Assembly (NCBI GenBank): GCA_964464605.1
Contig: CAYXJN010000003.1
Span: 186,001-250,000, forward strand
DNA length: 64,000 nt
Source of the DNA: an uncultured Ignavibacteriales bacterium
GTDB taxonomy: Bacteria; Zixibacteria; MSB-5A5; GN15; FEB-12
Reading direction: 5' to 3'
The notes under the pieces are model-generated. The model made no database searches. It worked only from the letters and a program-made list of their open reading frames with translations, and was not told where the DNA came from. The translations under genes were made by a program, and so were the position numbers. Positions 37,074 to 47,044 of the stretch are shown in pieces (the stretch's first letter is position 1; every line of letters starts with the position of its first letter).

Positions 37074-38834
37074 ATGGTGTATATTCCCGGGCAGACCATA
37101 AGCAACAGTGAGCCGGATCAGGGCAAGCAGACCGGTAACAAACAGCAGATTCCCCGTAGTTTGTTCTCAATATTAGTTATTGATGATGACAAGCATTTAG
37201 CCACTACCCTGAGTAAGGTGCTGACTGCCGCCGGATATGCCTGCTCGTTCTCCTTTGATCCAACCGAAGCGCTAACGCTGACCGATTCCCGACCGTTCGA
37301 TCTCATTATTACCGACATTCATATGCCCGGTATGTCCGGCGTCGATTTCGCGCAGACTATCCAACAGCGGGCGGTTTCCTCCATGATTATTTTCATGACC
37401 GCCGATGCGGAACTACAACTTATCTCCCGTGCCATGACGCTTGAACCATTCGGCTATTTAGAAAAACCGTTCAAGCATGACAAACTTCTGGAATTAGTCG
37501 CAAAAGCATATGAACGGTTTTGTACGGTCATTTCCGGTGAATCAGAACGAACCAGACTGACAACCGCCGTTCAGAAACAGAAGCAGGAACTGAAATCGCA
37601 ATATGAACAGCGGCTGGCGGAAAAAGAGTTGCTGCAAGGGATCGTCACACATGCCAATTTCGGATTGATAGCAGTTGACATGCATTTAACCGTTTCACTG
37701 GTGAATCAAGTCGCCTGCACATTGTTATCGCAACAGGCGCAGGATCGGTCTGTCTTTGTCGGTGCGCCGCTGATTCGCCTATTGCCGGTCTCCTGCCGGT
37801 CACAAATTCTTGCTTTATGTCAGTCGGTCCAGCGAACACATCAACCGCAGGAACGAACTTTTACCAACCCGGTCAATCAACGGCTGTTACACGCGACCTC
37901 CTATCCGATTTTCCACAACAATGAACTGTATGCGGTCGTATTGTTGATTCATGACAATACCGAAAAAGAATTACTGCAAAAAAGTCTGCTGCAATCGGCG
38001 AAGTTAGCCTCGATCGGCTCGCTCGCTGCCGGCGTGGCGCACGAAATCAATAACCCGCTCGGATTTGTTATCAGTAACATTAACACGATGTCAAAATTTG
38101 CCGCTTCACTTTCCGATTTTGCGCGGACAGTTTCAACCTACGCCGATGACCCGCGCATTCCCAAAGCATGTCAGGATGAACTGAAGCAGCAGGCGAAAGC
38201 GCTTGATTTGGAATATGTGCTCAGTGAAACCGGAACGCTGCTTACAGAAACCGATGACGGTCTCAAACGGATGGCGCGTATCGTTAAAGACCTTAAATCA
38301 TTCGCGCATGAGGACAGCGAAGTCCCCGATTCGGCTCAGGTGAATGAACTGATCGAAAAGGGACTCAACCTGGTTCGCAATGAAATCAAATATAAGCTCG
38401 AAGTGGAAAAATCATTAGGGGAGTTGCCCAAGATTCTCTGCTTCCCTTCCCGTTTAGTGCAGGTGTTTACCAATCTGTTTATCAACGCCGCGCAGGCGAC
38501 TGAACAAAACGGCAAATTGATTATCCGTACGTCAGTCTATCGAGACGCGGTCGAAGTCCGTATCAAGGATACCGGCCATGGCATTGAACCGCAGCATATG
38601 CAGCGGATATTCGAGCCTTTCTTCACAACCAAACCGATGGGGGTCGGCATGGGGATGGGATTAAGTATCTGTTATGCCATTATTCAGCGACATAACGGCA
38701 CGATTACGTTCTGGAGCGAAGTCAACAAGGGAACCGAGTTTGTTATCACGTTGCCGATTAAAAACAGTTTAAAACAAAGCAAAGAAGATAGTACCGAAAT
38801 GTCCACGGAATTACCGGAGGTGTTACAGCAATGA
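37074..38834 (+). CDS. REC-PAS-HisKA-HATPase (NtrB-type) sensor kinase
   Basis: ILVIDDD, ITDIHMP, AGVAHEINNPL, FFTTK and GMGMGL. Start moved downstream of the sigma28 motif (the track gives 37050). Confidence 0.88.
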   Translation: MVYIPGQTISNSEPDQGKQTGNKQQIPRSLFSILVIDDDKHLATTLSKVLTAAGYACSFSFDPTEALTLTDSRPFDLIITDIHMPGMSGVDFAQTIQQRAVSSMIIFMTADAELQLISRAMTLEPFGYLEKPFKHDKLLELVAKAYERFCTVISGESERTRLTTAVQKQKQELKSQYEQRLAEKELLQGIVTHANFGLIAVDMHLTVSLVNQVACTLLSQQAQDRSVFVGAPLIRLLPVSCRSQILALCQSVQRTHQPQERTFTNPVNQRLLHATSYPIFHNNELYAVVLLIHDNTEKELLQKSLLQSAKLASIGSLAAGVAHEINNPLGFVISNINTMSKFAASLSDFARTVSTYADDPRIPKACQDELKQQAKALDLEYVLSETGTLLTETDDGLKRMARIVKDLKSFAHEDSEVPDSAQVNELIEKGLNLVRNEIKYKLEVEKSLGELPKILCFPSRLVQVFTNLFINAAQATEQNGKLIIRTSVYRDAVEVRIKDTGHGIEPQHMQRIFEPFFTTKPMGVGMGMGLSICYAIIQRHNGTITFWSEVNKGTEFVITLPIKNSLKQSKEDSTEMSTELPEVLQQ

Positions 38835-40216
38835 ACCAACCGAACGATTCCACATACGATGCAAAAGCAGCTGATCACCAGCTGCATACGCAAATTCTCT
38901 TCATTGATGACGAAGTTCCGATATTAAATGCGCTCAAACGGCTGTTTCATGGCAACCCGAATCTTACCTGCCATTTCGCACCGTCACCGCTTGAAGCGCT
39001 GGAAATACTATCGCGCATCCAAATCGACGTTATCGTATCAGATTACCGTATGCCGCAAATGACCGGCACCGACTTGCTTGCAAAAATAAAAGATAAGCGT
39101 CCTAAAGCGGTCCGAATGATGATTACCGGCCAGGCCGATCTGGCGGCTGTGCAAAAAGCGATTAATGAAGGGGGAATTTTCCGCTTTATTCTAAAGCCCT
39201 GGGATGACGAAGAATTAGTGCAGGCAGTAAACCAGGCCGCAGAATATTATCACCGTAAATCAGACGCCGAACACCGCAGCGAGGCAACCCGCCGACAGAA
39301 TGTCACGCTCGGGCAAATCAATGCCAAGCTGGAAGAACAAGTAACATCACGCACCCGCCAGCTTGCTGACGCACTCCACACTGCCCGTTCACTCACCCAG
39401 AAAATGGATGAGACGCTTTACCACACTACCAAGATGTTGTTCGGGTTCATTAAATTCTTGAATCCTGAATTAGGCAGTCACTCGCAGAGGGTGGCTGAAC
39501 ATGCGGTTAACATAGGCCGGAGAATGAATTGTACGATGGAGGAATTACGGGAACTTGAAATCGCGGCGCTGTTACATGATATCGGTATGCTGTACCTCCC
39601 GTCTGAGATGGCCAGGAAGAATCCGACAGCATATTCAGCCGAAGAAATCGAAATCTATCACCGTCACCCCATTACCGCCAAAGAACTGCTTGGTACAGTT
39701 CCGCACTTTGCCCGAGTCGGTGAATTGATAGCCGGACATCATGAGCGGTATGACGGCACCGGATTCCCGAACGGGAAATCCAAATCTGAACTGCCGATCG
39801 AGTGCTATATCATCGGGGTTGCCGATCTGTATGACCATCTGATTATGGAAACTGAAGGCAGCGCGGAAGAGAAACATGAAACCGCCCATAAGACTGTTTC
39901 CGGATTATCCGACAGCCAATTTCCAGCCAAACTTGTTCAGTCTGCATTGTATCATTTCGAACAGATGCATGAACTCGCCAACGCCGCCGAAATCCTTGAC
40001 CTCGGAATGTCGGAATTGATACCGAACATGATTCTGGTTCGAGATGTTTATGCCTCAAGCGGGGCACTCGTGCTCATGGCCGGAACGATGCTCAGTCCGC
40101 AACATATTTCACATATCCGCATGATGCATCGACTCGACCCGATTAGCGGTAATTTCCCGGTATTACGTAAGCGGCCGGCAACGCCTCATCCGACGGAAAA
40201 CATGGTCAAATCGTAA
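38831..40216 (+). CDS. Response regulator with HD-GYP output domain (RpfG-like)
   Basis: ILFIDDE, SDYRMP and KPW, then HSQRVA, LLHDIG, HHERYDGTGFP and VADLYD. ATGA overlap with the kinase. Confidence 0.9.
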   Translation: MNQPNDSTYDAKAADHQLHTQILFIDDEVPILNALKRLFHGNPNLTCHFAPSPLEALEILSRIQIDVIVSDYRMPQMTGTDLLAKIKDKRPKAVRMMITGQADLAAVQKAINEGGIFRFILKPWDDEELVQAVNQAAEYYHRKSDAEHRSEATRRQNVTLGQINAKLEEQVTSRTRQLADALHTARSLTQKMDETLYHTTKMLFGFIKFLNPELGSHSQRVAEHAVNIGRRMNCTMEELRELEIAALLHDIGMLYLPSEMARKNPTAYSAEEIEIYHRHPITAKELLGTVPHFARVGELIAGHHERYDGTGFPNGKSKSELPIECYIIGVADLYDHLIMETEGSAEEKHETAHKTVSGLSDSQFPAKLVQSALYHFEQMHELANAAEILDLGMSELIPNMILVRDVYASSGALVLMAGTMLSPQHISHIRMMHRLDPISGNFPVLRKRPATPHPTENMVKS

Positions 40217-40230
40217 GATTCGACCTTAGA

Positions 40231-40269
40231 TTGACTTCTTTCTAAAATATCCTATACTCCGGTCGATAT
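40231..40269 (+). promoter_or_regulatory. Overlapping sigma70-like and sigma28-like promoters for the RND operon
   Basis: TTGACT-N16-TATACT (40231-40258) and TAAA-N15-GTCGATAT (40243-40269). Confidence 0.55.
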
Positions 40270-40309
40270 GACTGGAACTTCTTATCCCTTCAATTGTTAC
40301 AAACAGTCT

Positions 40310-41374
40310 ATGAAAGCTTGCTCATTCTCGTTAACTGGTTATTTTCTGACTCCCTTAACCCTTTCCTTTTTATTTGTTACTGGCTGCGGCAATGGTGAAA
40401 TCAAACCCGCTGCACGAACCGGCCCGGCGGCTATCCCGGTCGAAGCGATGGTTATCCAACCCCGACTTTTAGAAAACAAGATTTATACCACCGGAACAGT
40501 GTTAGCGAATGAGGAAGTGGAACTCCACCCGGAGATCAGCGGTCGGATTATTGGGGTGCATTTCGAAGAAGGAAAGCGCATCAAAAAAGGGGAGTTGATG
40601 ATCAAAATCAACGACGCCGAACTGCAAGCCGACTTAAAAGCGAAAGAACCAGAAGCAAGGCAAGCCGCTGAAGAAGAGCGACGCAAACGGGGTCTTTTCG
40701 AAGTCAAGGCGATCAGCCAGGAAGAATATGATAAATCCCTCAGTAATTCTAAAATGCTCGAGGCGGAACGACAGGCTATTGAATCCCAACTGCGTGAAAC
40801 CGAAATTCGCGCACCGTTCGACGGTGTCGTAGGACTGCGTTATGTCAGCGAAGGGGACTACGCCTCCCCCTCATTATTAGTTGCCACGATTCAGGATATC
40901 GACCCGATAAAAGCCGAGTTTTCCGTACCGGAAAAATATGCACATCAATTGAAAGAAGGGGTCAAAGTTCTGGTTCGTATCGGTGAATCACAGGATGAGC
41001 ATATCGGCATCGTCTATGCGGTTGAGGCAAAGATTGATCCGGGAACCCGTACTATTAAAGCTCGCGCCCGTGTCCCGAACCCAAACGGAACTATTATTCC
41101 CGGCTCATTTGCCAAAATTGAACTGACGTTAGAGCAGATATCGAATGCTATCGTCGTTCCGGCCGGAGCCATTATTCCGGAAATGAGCGGCGTGAAGGTA
41201 TACGTAAATGTCGACGGTAAAGCGAAAGCTGTTCCGGTGAAAACCGGTATTCGCACCGACAGGGATGTACAGATAACCGAAGGGCTGAATATCAATGATA
41301 CTCTCATTGTTACCGGCATGCTTCAGTTGGGTGAAGGCAAAGGAGTAACCATAACGGGTTATAAGACTGAATGA
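40310..41374 (+). CDS. RND efflux periplasmic adaptor subunit (lipoprotein)
   Basis: Lipobox-like VTGC, IRAPFDGVVG, IDPGTRT and PGSFA. Start at 40310 preferred (the track gives 40268). Confidence 0.88.
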   Translation: MKACSFSLTGYFLTPLTLSFLFVTGCGNGEIKPAARTGPAAIPVEAMVIQPRLLENKIYTTGTVLANEEVELHPEISGRIIGVHFEEGKRIKKGELMIKINDAELQADLKAKEPEARQAAEEERRKRGLFEVKAISQEEYDKSLSNSKMLEAERQAIESQLRETEIRAPFDGVVGLRYVSEGDYASPSLLVATIQDIDPIKAEFSVPEKYAHQLKEGVKVLVRIGESQDEHIGIVYAVEAKIDPGTRTIKARARVPNPNGTIIPGSFAKIELTLEQISNAIVVPAGAIIPEMSGVKVYVNVDGKAKAVPVKTGIRTDRDVQITEGLNINDTLIVTGMLQLGEGKGVTITGYKTE

Positions 41375-41384
41375 GCAATTTGCT

Positions 41385-44300
41385 ATGAATATTTCTTCCG
41401 TCAGCATCACCCGCCCCGTTTTTACGATCGTACTCTCCATTCTCATTGTTCTCTTTGGTATCATCAGTTTCATCTTCTTAGGCATTCGTGAATACCCCAG
41501 CGTCGATCCCCCCATTGTCACCGTAACAACCAATTACACCGGTGCGAATGCTGATGTTATTGAATCGCAAATCACCGAACCGCTGGAAGAATCGATTAAC
41601 GGTATCGCCGGCATTAAATCGCTTACTTCCACCAGCAGTGATGGCCGCAGCACTATCCGTGTTGAATTTGAACTCGGTATCGATATGGATGATGCCGCTA
41701 ATGATGTCCGTGACCGCGTTTCCCGCGCTATCCGCAATCTCCCACCCGACATCGACCCCCCGGTAATCGCAAAATCAGATGCCGACTCCAGCCCGATTCT
41801 TTCTCTGACAATCCAGAGCGACAAGCGCTCACTATTGGAACTCTCTGCAATAGCCAATGATATTTTCAAAGAACGCTTACAAACTATTCCCGGCGTCAGC
41901 GAAATACGAATTTGGGGTGAAAAGAAATACGCCATGCGTTTGCTCATCGACCCGGCTCGATTGGCGGCACATAACTTGACACCGTTAGATGTACGCAACG
42001 CACTCAACAGGGAAAACATCGAACTTCCCTCCGGCCGTATCGAAGGGTACAGCACCGAACTTTCTATCCGCACCTTCGGTCGTTTGACCAGTGTCGATGA
42101 ATTCAACGACCTGATTATCAAGGAAACCGCAGGTTCAGTGGTAAAACTCAAAGATATCGGTCAGGCTGTCTTAGCTCCGGAGAACGAACGCACGATATTA
42201 CGCGGCAACGGCGGCATTCCGATGGTCGGGGTAGCCATTACTCCTCAACCGGGTGCCAACCATATCGCGATCGCGGATGAATTCTATAAGCGAAGTGAAC
42301 AGATCAAAAGGGAAATGCCGGAAGATCTGAGATTCAGTATCGCGATGGATACAACACAGAATATCCGTAAAGCGATCACTGAAGTTATCGAAACGATTAT
42401 CATCGCATTCTTATTGGTGCTCTTAGTAATATTTGCTTTCCTTCGGCACTGGCGTACAACACTTATTCCGATGCTTGCCATTCCGATTTCCCTCATCGGT
42501 GCATTCTTTATCATGTACTTCGCCGGGTTTTCGATCAACATTCTGACGCTATTAGGCATCGTGCTCGCAACCGGAATCGTGGTTGACGACGCTATTGTTG
42601 TCCTTGAAAACATTTATAGCAAAATCGAGCAGGGTGTCGAGCCAATGGAAGCGGGGCACAGCGGCGCAAAAGAAATCTATTTCGCCATTATTTCGACCAC
42701 TATCACTCTTGCGGCTGTTTTCCTGCCGATTATTTTCTTGCAGGGTCTCACCGGCCGTTTGTTCCGCGAATTCGGTATCGTGGTCGCCGGATCGGTGTTA
42801 ATATCCGCATTTGTTTCATTGACCCTTACTCCCATGATGAGCGCTCGCACCCTTCGCAAGCGTGACCATGAAAACAAGGCATTCGAATGGAGTGAGCGGG
42901 TATTCAATCGGATGACCGAAGTATACCATCGCTCCTTACGCGCTTTCGTTGAACGTCGCTGGCTGGCGCCGATTATCATGGCGGCCGCAGTCGCGATCAT
43001 TCTTGGTATCGGCGCGCTTATCCCCTCAGAAATGGCGCCGATGGAAGACAAAAGCCGTTTCACCATAAACTCCACCGCACCCGAAGGTACATCGTACGAA
43101 GCAATGGAGAATTACATCGGTGAGATTATCAAACTTGTCGATACCTTACCGGAAAAAAATGTTATTGTATCGGTTACTGCTCCCGGATTCGGCTCAAGCT
43201 CTGCAGTCAATGCCGGATTCGTTCGTATCACACTCAAACCACCGGATGAGCGTGAACGCAGCCAGCAGCAGCTTGCCGATATGCTCAACGCGAAAATTCG
43301 ACACTTCTCCTTTGCCCGATCATTCGTTGTACAGGAGCAAACTATCAACACGGGCGGAGGTGGCGGTAGTCGCAGCCTGCCGATTCAATTTGTTATTCAG
43401 GCGCCGACTCTTGAAAAACTGAAAGAAGTGCTGCCGACCTTTTTAGATAAAGCGCAGTCCGATCCGGCCTTTCAGGTTGTCGATCTCGATCTGAAGTTTA
43501 CCAAACCGGAAATGACGATCGAAATCGACCGCGACCGCGCTCGTTCACTTGGTATTACTGTCCGTGATATCGCCGAAACACTGCAACTCTATTTCAGCGG
43601 CCAGCGATATGGTTTTTTTATTCTGAATGGAAAGCAATACTCAGTTATCGCGCAGGCGGATCGCGGTAACCGTGATGAACCGATCGATCTCAGTTCAGTC
43701 TATATCCGCAACGACAAAGATGAACTCTTGCAGCTTGATAATGTGGTCAAACTCTCCTATCGCAGCAGCCCGCCGCAGTTATTCCGGTTCAACCGGTATG
43801 TATCGGCAACTGTAAGCGCATCCTCCGCGCCGGGGTACACGCTCGGCGACGGTATAAGCGCGATGGATAGAATCGCCGATGAAGTACTCGATGAAACTTT
43901 TTCGACCAGCTTGTCGGGTGCATCGCAGGAATACGCTGAAAGCTCCAATACACTTCTGTTCGCGTTCTTATTAGCATTGATATTGGTCTACTTGATTCTC
44001 TCCGCCCAATTCGAAAGTTTCCGCGACCCGCTTACTATTATGTTCACCGTGCCGTTAGCTTTGGCTGGTGCAGTGTTATCGCTCTGGGCGTTTGGGCAGA
44101 CATTCAACATTTTTAGTCAGATCGGTATTATCGCGTTGGTCGGTATCGTGACCAAGAACGGTATTTTGATTGTTGAGTTCGCCAATCAGCGCAAAGAACA
44201 GGGACTGACAATCAAAGAAGCGGTTATTGATGCCGCCGCGCAGCGGTTCCGCCCGATTCTGATGACCAGCCTTGCCACGGTATTCGGTGTATTGCCGATT

Positions 44301-44483
44301 GCATTAGCATTGGGCGCTGCCGCGCAGAGCCGTGTGTCGATGGGTATCGTGATTATCGGCGGCTTGATGTTCTCCCTCGTACTGACTCTCTATGTCATCC
44401 CTGCGCTCTACACTTACCTGACGACCGAAAAGCCGCACACACCTGCTGCCGCACCCAAACCGGTCGAAGCGGGTCATGTGTAA
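41385..44483 (+). CDS. RND efflux permease (AcrB/MdtB family)
   Basis: SITRPV, IREYP.VDPP, GIVVDDAIVVLEN, KNGILIVEFAN and RFRPILMT. 1032 aa. Confidence 0.96.
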   Translation: MNISSVSITRPVFTIVLSILIVLFGIISFIFLGIREYPSVDPPIVTVTTNYTGANADVIESQITEPLEESINGIAGIKSLTSTSSDGRSTIRVEFELGIDMDDAANDVRDRVSRAIRNLPPDIDPPVIAKSDADSSPILSLTIQSDKRSLLELSAIANDIFKERLQTIPGVSEIRIWGEKKYAMRLLIDPARLAAHNLTPLDVRNALNRENIELPSGRIEGYSTELSIRTFGRLTSVDEFNDLIIKETAGSVVKLKDIGQAVLAPENERTILRGNGGIPMVGVAITPQPGANHIAIADEFYKRSEQIKREMPEDLRFSIAMDTTQNIRKAITEVIETIIIAFLLVLLVIFAFLRHWRTTLIPMLAIPISLIGAFFIMYFAGFSINILTLLGIVLATGIVVDDAIVVLENIYSKIEQGVEPMEAGHSGAKEIYFAIISTTITLAAVFLPIIFLQGLTGRLFREFGIVVAGSVLISAFVSLTLTPMMSARTLRKRDHENKAFEWSERVFNRMTEVYHRSLRAFVERRWLAPIIMAAAVAIILGIGALIPSEMAPMEDKSRFTINSTAPEGTSYEAMENYIGEIIKLVDTLPEKNVIVSVTAPGFGSSSAVNAGFVRITLKPPDERERSQQQLADMLNAKIRHFSFARSFVVQEQTINTGGGGGSRSLPIQFVIQAPTLEKLKEVLPTFLDKAQSDPAFQVVDLDLKFTKPEMTIEIDRDRARSLGITVRDIAETLQLYFSGQRYGFFILNGKQYSVIAQADRGNRDEPIDLSSVYIRNDKDELLQLDNVVKLSYRSSPPQLFRFNRYVSATVSASSAPGYTLGDGISAMDRIADEVLDETFSTSLSGASQEYAESSNTLLFAFLLALILVYLILSAQFESFRDPLTIMFTVPLALAGAVLSLWAFGQTFNIFSQIGIIALVGIVTKNGILIVEFANQRKEQGLTIKEAVIDAAAQRFRPILMTSLATVFGVLPIALALGAAAQSRVSMGIVIIGGLMFSLVLTLYVIPALYTYLTTEKPHTPAAAPKPVEAGHV

Positions 44484-44521
44484 GCATTGCGGCTTTTTAC
44501 TAATTTCTATATATTTCCCTC

Positions 44522-44905
44522 ATGCCGAAAACCACTCCCCCGCTTAAAGAGATTTGTGCCAGTATTAAAAAATTACTCAAGATGTATGAACCGCAGTTTG
44601 TCGCTAAAAATGAGTTTGAAACCCGGTATGAACTCTGGACCAACAAGCCGGTAGTAATCGCCGGAAGAAAACATGATGAAATCTATTTTGCCGGAATGAT
44701 CGTGCAAAGTTCGTATGTCGGTTTTTACTACATGCCTGTCTATATCAACACCGCGCTGAAAAAAGAGATCGGCTCCGACCTTTTGAAAGCGCTCAAAGGA
44801 AAAAGCTGTTTTCATATTAAAACCGACGACCCGAACATGATGAAACAGATCAAGCAGGCGCTCGAACTCGGCTACAAGTGCTATAAAAAATCCGGCTGGC
44901 TTTGA
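44522..44905 (+). CDS. DUF1801/YdhG-like hypothetical protein
   Basis: YVGFYYMPVY...LKGKSCFHI motif. Confidence 0.65.
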   Translation: MPKTTPPLKEICASIKKLLKMYEPQFVAKNEFETRYELWTNKPVVIAGRKHDEIYFAGMIVQSSYVGFYYMPVYINTALKKEIGSDLLKALKGKSCFHIKTDDPNMMKQIKQALELGYKCYKKSGWL

Positions 44906-44982
44906 TTTTCCTGTTTCGTTATCCCCGACAGTTCAGATAACAATTGTATTGGCCGATTCATGCCGACTATTATACTACCGGT

Positions 44983-46122
44983 ATGAACGCTGATATGTTT
45001 TCCCGCTTTTTCAAAACCCGCAAAGGATGGGCAATCCTAATCGGGCTGTGGTCGATTCCGGCCGTGCTTGAAGCTATTTTAGCCCATGCCCGGATGACCC
45101 ACCTGAATGAACCCTCTACGTTCATGGTCTGGCTTTTGGATTCACTGGTCGAGTGGTATGTCTGGGCCGCCTTTACCCCCTACATATTTTCACTCGCGCT
45201 AAGATACCCAATTAACCAACCACCCCGACTTAAAAAAGTCATGCTACTGCTCGTGTATGGAATAGTAATCGTTTCGGTACACGGCCTCATAAAGATCACG
45301 GCTTCATACCGGCTTTTCAATGATCCAATTACCGTCGACACAATGCTTCGCGGTATGGGCTCATACTATTCCTGGAACAGCCCGATTTCGCTCTTGCTCT
45401 ACGCGGGCATTATCGCCGGCGCGACTGCATTTATGGCGCAGATGCAGCTCAGGGACAATCAACTCAAAGCAAGCCAACTCGAAACCCAGTTCACCCGCGC
45501 GCAGTTAGATACTTTACAACGGCAGCTCGAACCGCATTTTCTGTTCAATACACTCAATTCTGTTTCTGTACTCATGCAAAAGGGGGATATCCAGCGGGCG
45601 AACCAAACGCTCAATGATTTAAGCGATCTGCTGCGCTATGTGCTCCAGCAACAGCGCACCCAAAAAGTAACATTGCACGAGGAGATGGAATTAGTGCGTC
45701 GGTATGTCGGTATCGAACAAACCCGGTTCGGCGACCGTCTGCATGTGCATATGGATATCCCGACCGATTTGCTAATGATTCCGGTGCCGAATTTTGTCGT
45801 CCAGCTTTGTGTCGAGAACGCGATTAAACATGGCGTGACGCAAAAAATAGGTGAGGCGAATGTATCGGTGCGCGCCAGACGGGAAAACGGATATTTAGCG
45901 ATACGAATCGAAGATGACGGTATCGGTTTGCAGGCGCCGGAAAACGGTAAACCGGAAGGTATCGGCGTAAGCAACGCAAAAAAACGACTCACCCTTTTGT
46001 ATGGGGACAATCATTCCTTTACACTACAAAACGGCCGTGACAAGGGTGCAGTCGCCGAACTGCGGATTCCGATAGAATCAATCGAGACACAATCTTCAGC
46101 GCAGGAAACCGAGCAGGCATGA
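44983..46122 (+). CDS. LytS/YehU-type sensor histidine kinase
   Basis: N-terminal TMs, QLEPHFLFNTLN, RFGDRL, VENAIKHG and GIGVSN. Start is ATG 44983 or nearby. Confidence 0.92.
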   Translation: MNADMFSRFFKTRKGWAILIGLWSIPAVLEAILAHARMTHLNEPSTFMVWLLDSLVEWYVWAAFTPYIFSLALRYPINQPPRLKKVMLLLVYGIVIVSVHGLIKITASYRLFNDPITVDTMLRGMGSYYSWNSPISLLLYAGIIAGATAFMAQMQLRDNQLKASQLETQFTRAQLDTLQRQLEPHFLFNTLNSVSVLMQKGDIQRANQTLNDLSDLLRYVLQQQRTQKVTLHEEMELVRRYVGIEQTRFGDRLHVHMDIPTDLLMIPVPNFVVQLCVENAIKHGVTQKIGEANVSVRARRENGYLAIRIEDDGIGLQAPENGKPEGIGVSNAKKRLTLLYGDNHSFTLQNGRDKGAVAELRIPIESIETQSSAQETEQA

Positions 46123-46886
46123 TTACAACGATTATAGTCGATGATGAACCGTTAGCCCGTGAAGGCATTCGTTTGCTGTTGGCTGAAGACCCGGAATTTC
46201 AGGTTGTCGCCGAGTGTGAAAATGGGCAAACAGCGCTTGAGCAGATTGCGCTTTTGCAGCCGCAGGTTTTGTTTCTCGATATTCAGATGCCGGAAATGAG
46301 CGGGTTCGATGTTGTCCGTTCATTCGACCCTGAAGATATGCCGCTGTTCGTATTCGTTACCGCCTATGATGCCTTCGCGCTCGCTGCATTCGAGGCCCAC
46401 GCGCTCGATTATGTATTAAAACCAGTCGATCAAAAGCGTTTCGCTCGCACCTGTGAATGGATTAAACGACGGATTCAGGAAAAACAACTTAGCGACCTCC
46501 CTGCCAAGTTACTGAATATTGTGCATCAACAGCCAGCGGCAGCGATGTCGACCTACCCTGACCGTATTCCCATCCGCACCGGCGAACGAATCTATTTTGT
46601 CGGAGTCGATGAAATCGACTGGATCGAAGCAGCCGATTATTATGTTATTTTACACACCGGCAAAAAAACTCATCTGTTGCGGGAAAGCTTAAGTTCTCTT
46701 ACCGCCCGACTTGACCCCCGCAAGTTCCGGCGGATTCATCGCTCGACCATTGTCAGCCTCGCCCAAATACAGGAACTGCGTCCACATTTTCAACAGGAAC
46801 ATCAGGTAATCCTCAAAGACGGCACCGCTCTTAAACTTGGCCCTTCGTACAAAGACGCTCTTTCCGATATTCTAAACCGCCAATAA
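46119..46886 (+). CDS. LytTR family response regulator
   Basis: VDDEPLAR, LDIQMP, TAYD, DWIEAADYYV and RIHRSTIV. Confidence 0.95.
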   Translation: MITTIIVDDEPLAREGIRLLLAEDPEFQVVAECENGQTALEQIALLQPQVLFLDIQMPEMSGFDVVRSFDPEDMPLFVFVTAYDAFALAAFEAHALDYVLKPVDQKRFARTCEWIKRRIQEKQLSDLPAKLLNIVHQQPAAAMSTYPDRIPIRTGERIYFVGVDEIDWIEAADYYVILHTGKKTHLLRESLSSLTARLDPRKFRRIHRSTIVSLAQIQELRPHFQQEHQVILKDGTALKLGPSYKDALSDILNRQ

Positions 46887-46889
46887 GCA

Positions 46890-46944
46890 GCGCTTCCCTG
46901 CACCAAATTGCCGGTTCACTGCAAAACTGACCAGTTTGGCGGCA
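46890..46944 (+). promoter_or_regulatory. Candidate LytTR-binding direct repeats, three copies at 21-bp period
   Basis: GCGCTTCCCTGCA / CCGGTTCACTGCA / CAGTTTGGCGGCA, ending at 46902, 46923 and 46944. Confidence 0.6.
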
Positions 46945-47044
46945 TTTTCATTTTAAATCCCCGCTTTTCGATTACGTTTTCTCACGGGTAACCTCACGTC
47001 CCGCTGATTTTGTAAACATTTTCCTGTACATAAAGGAGTCGATT

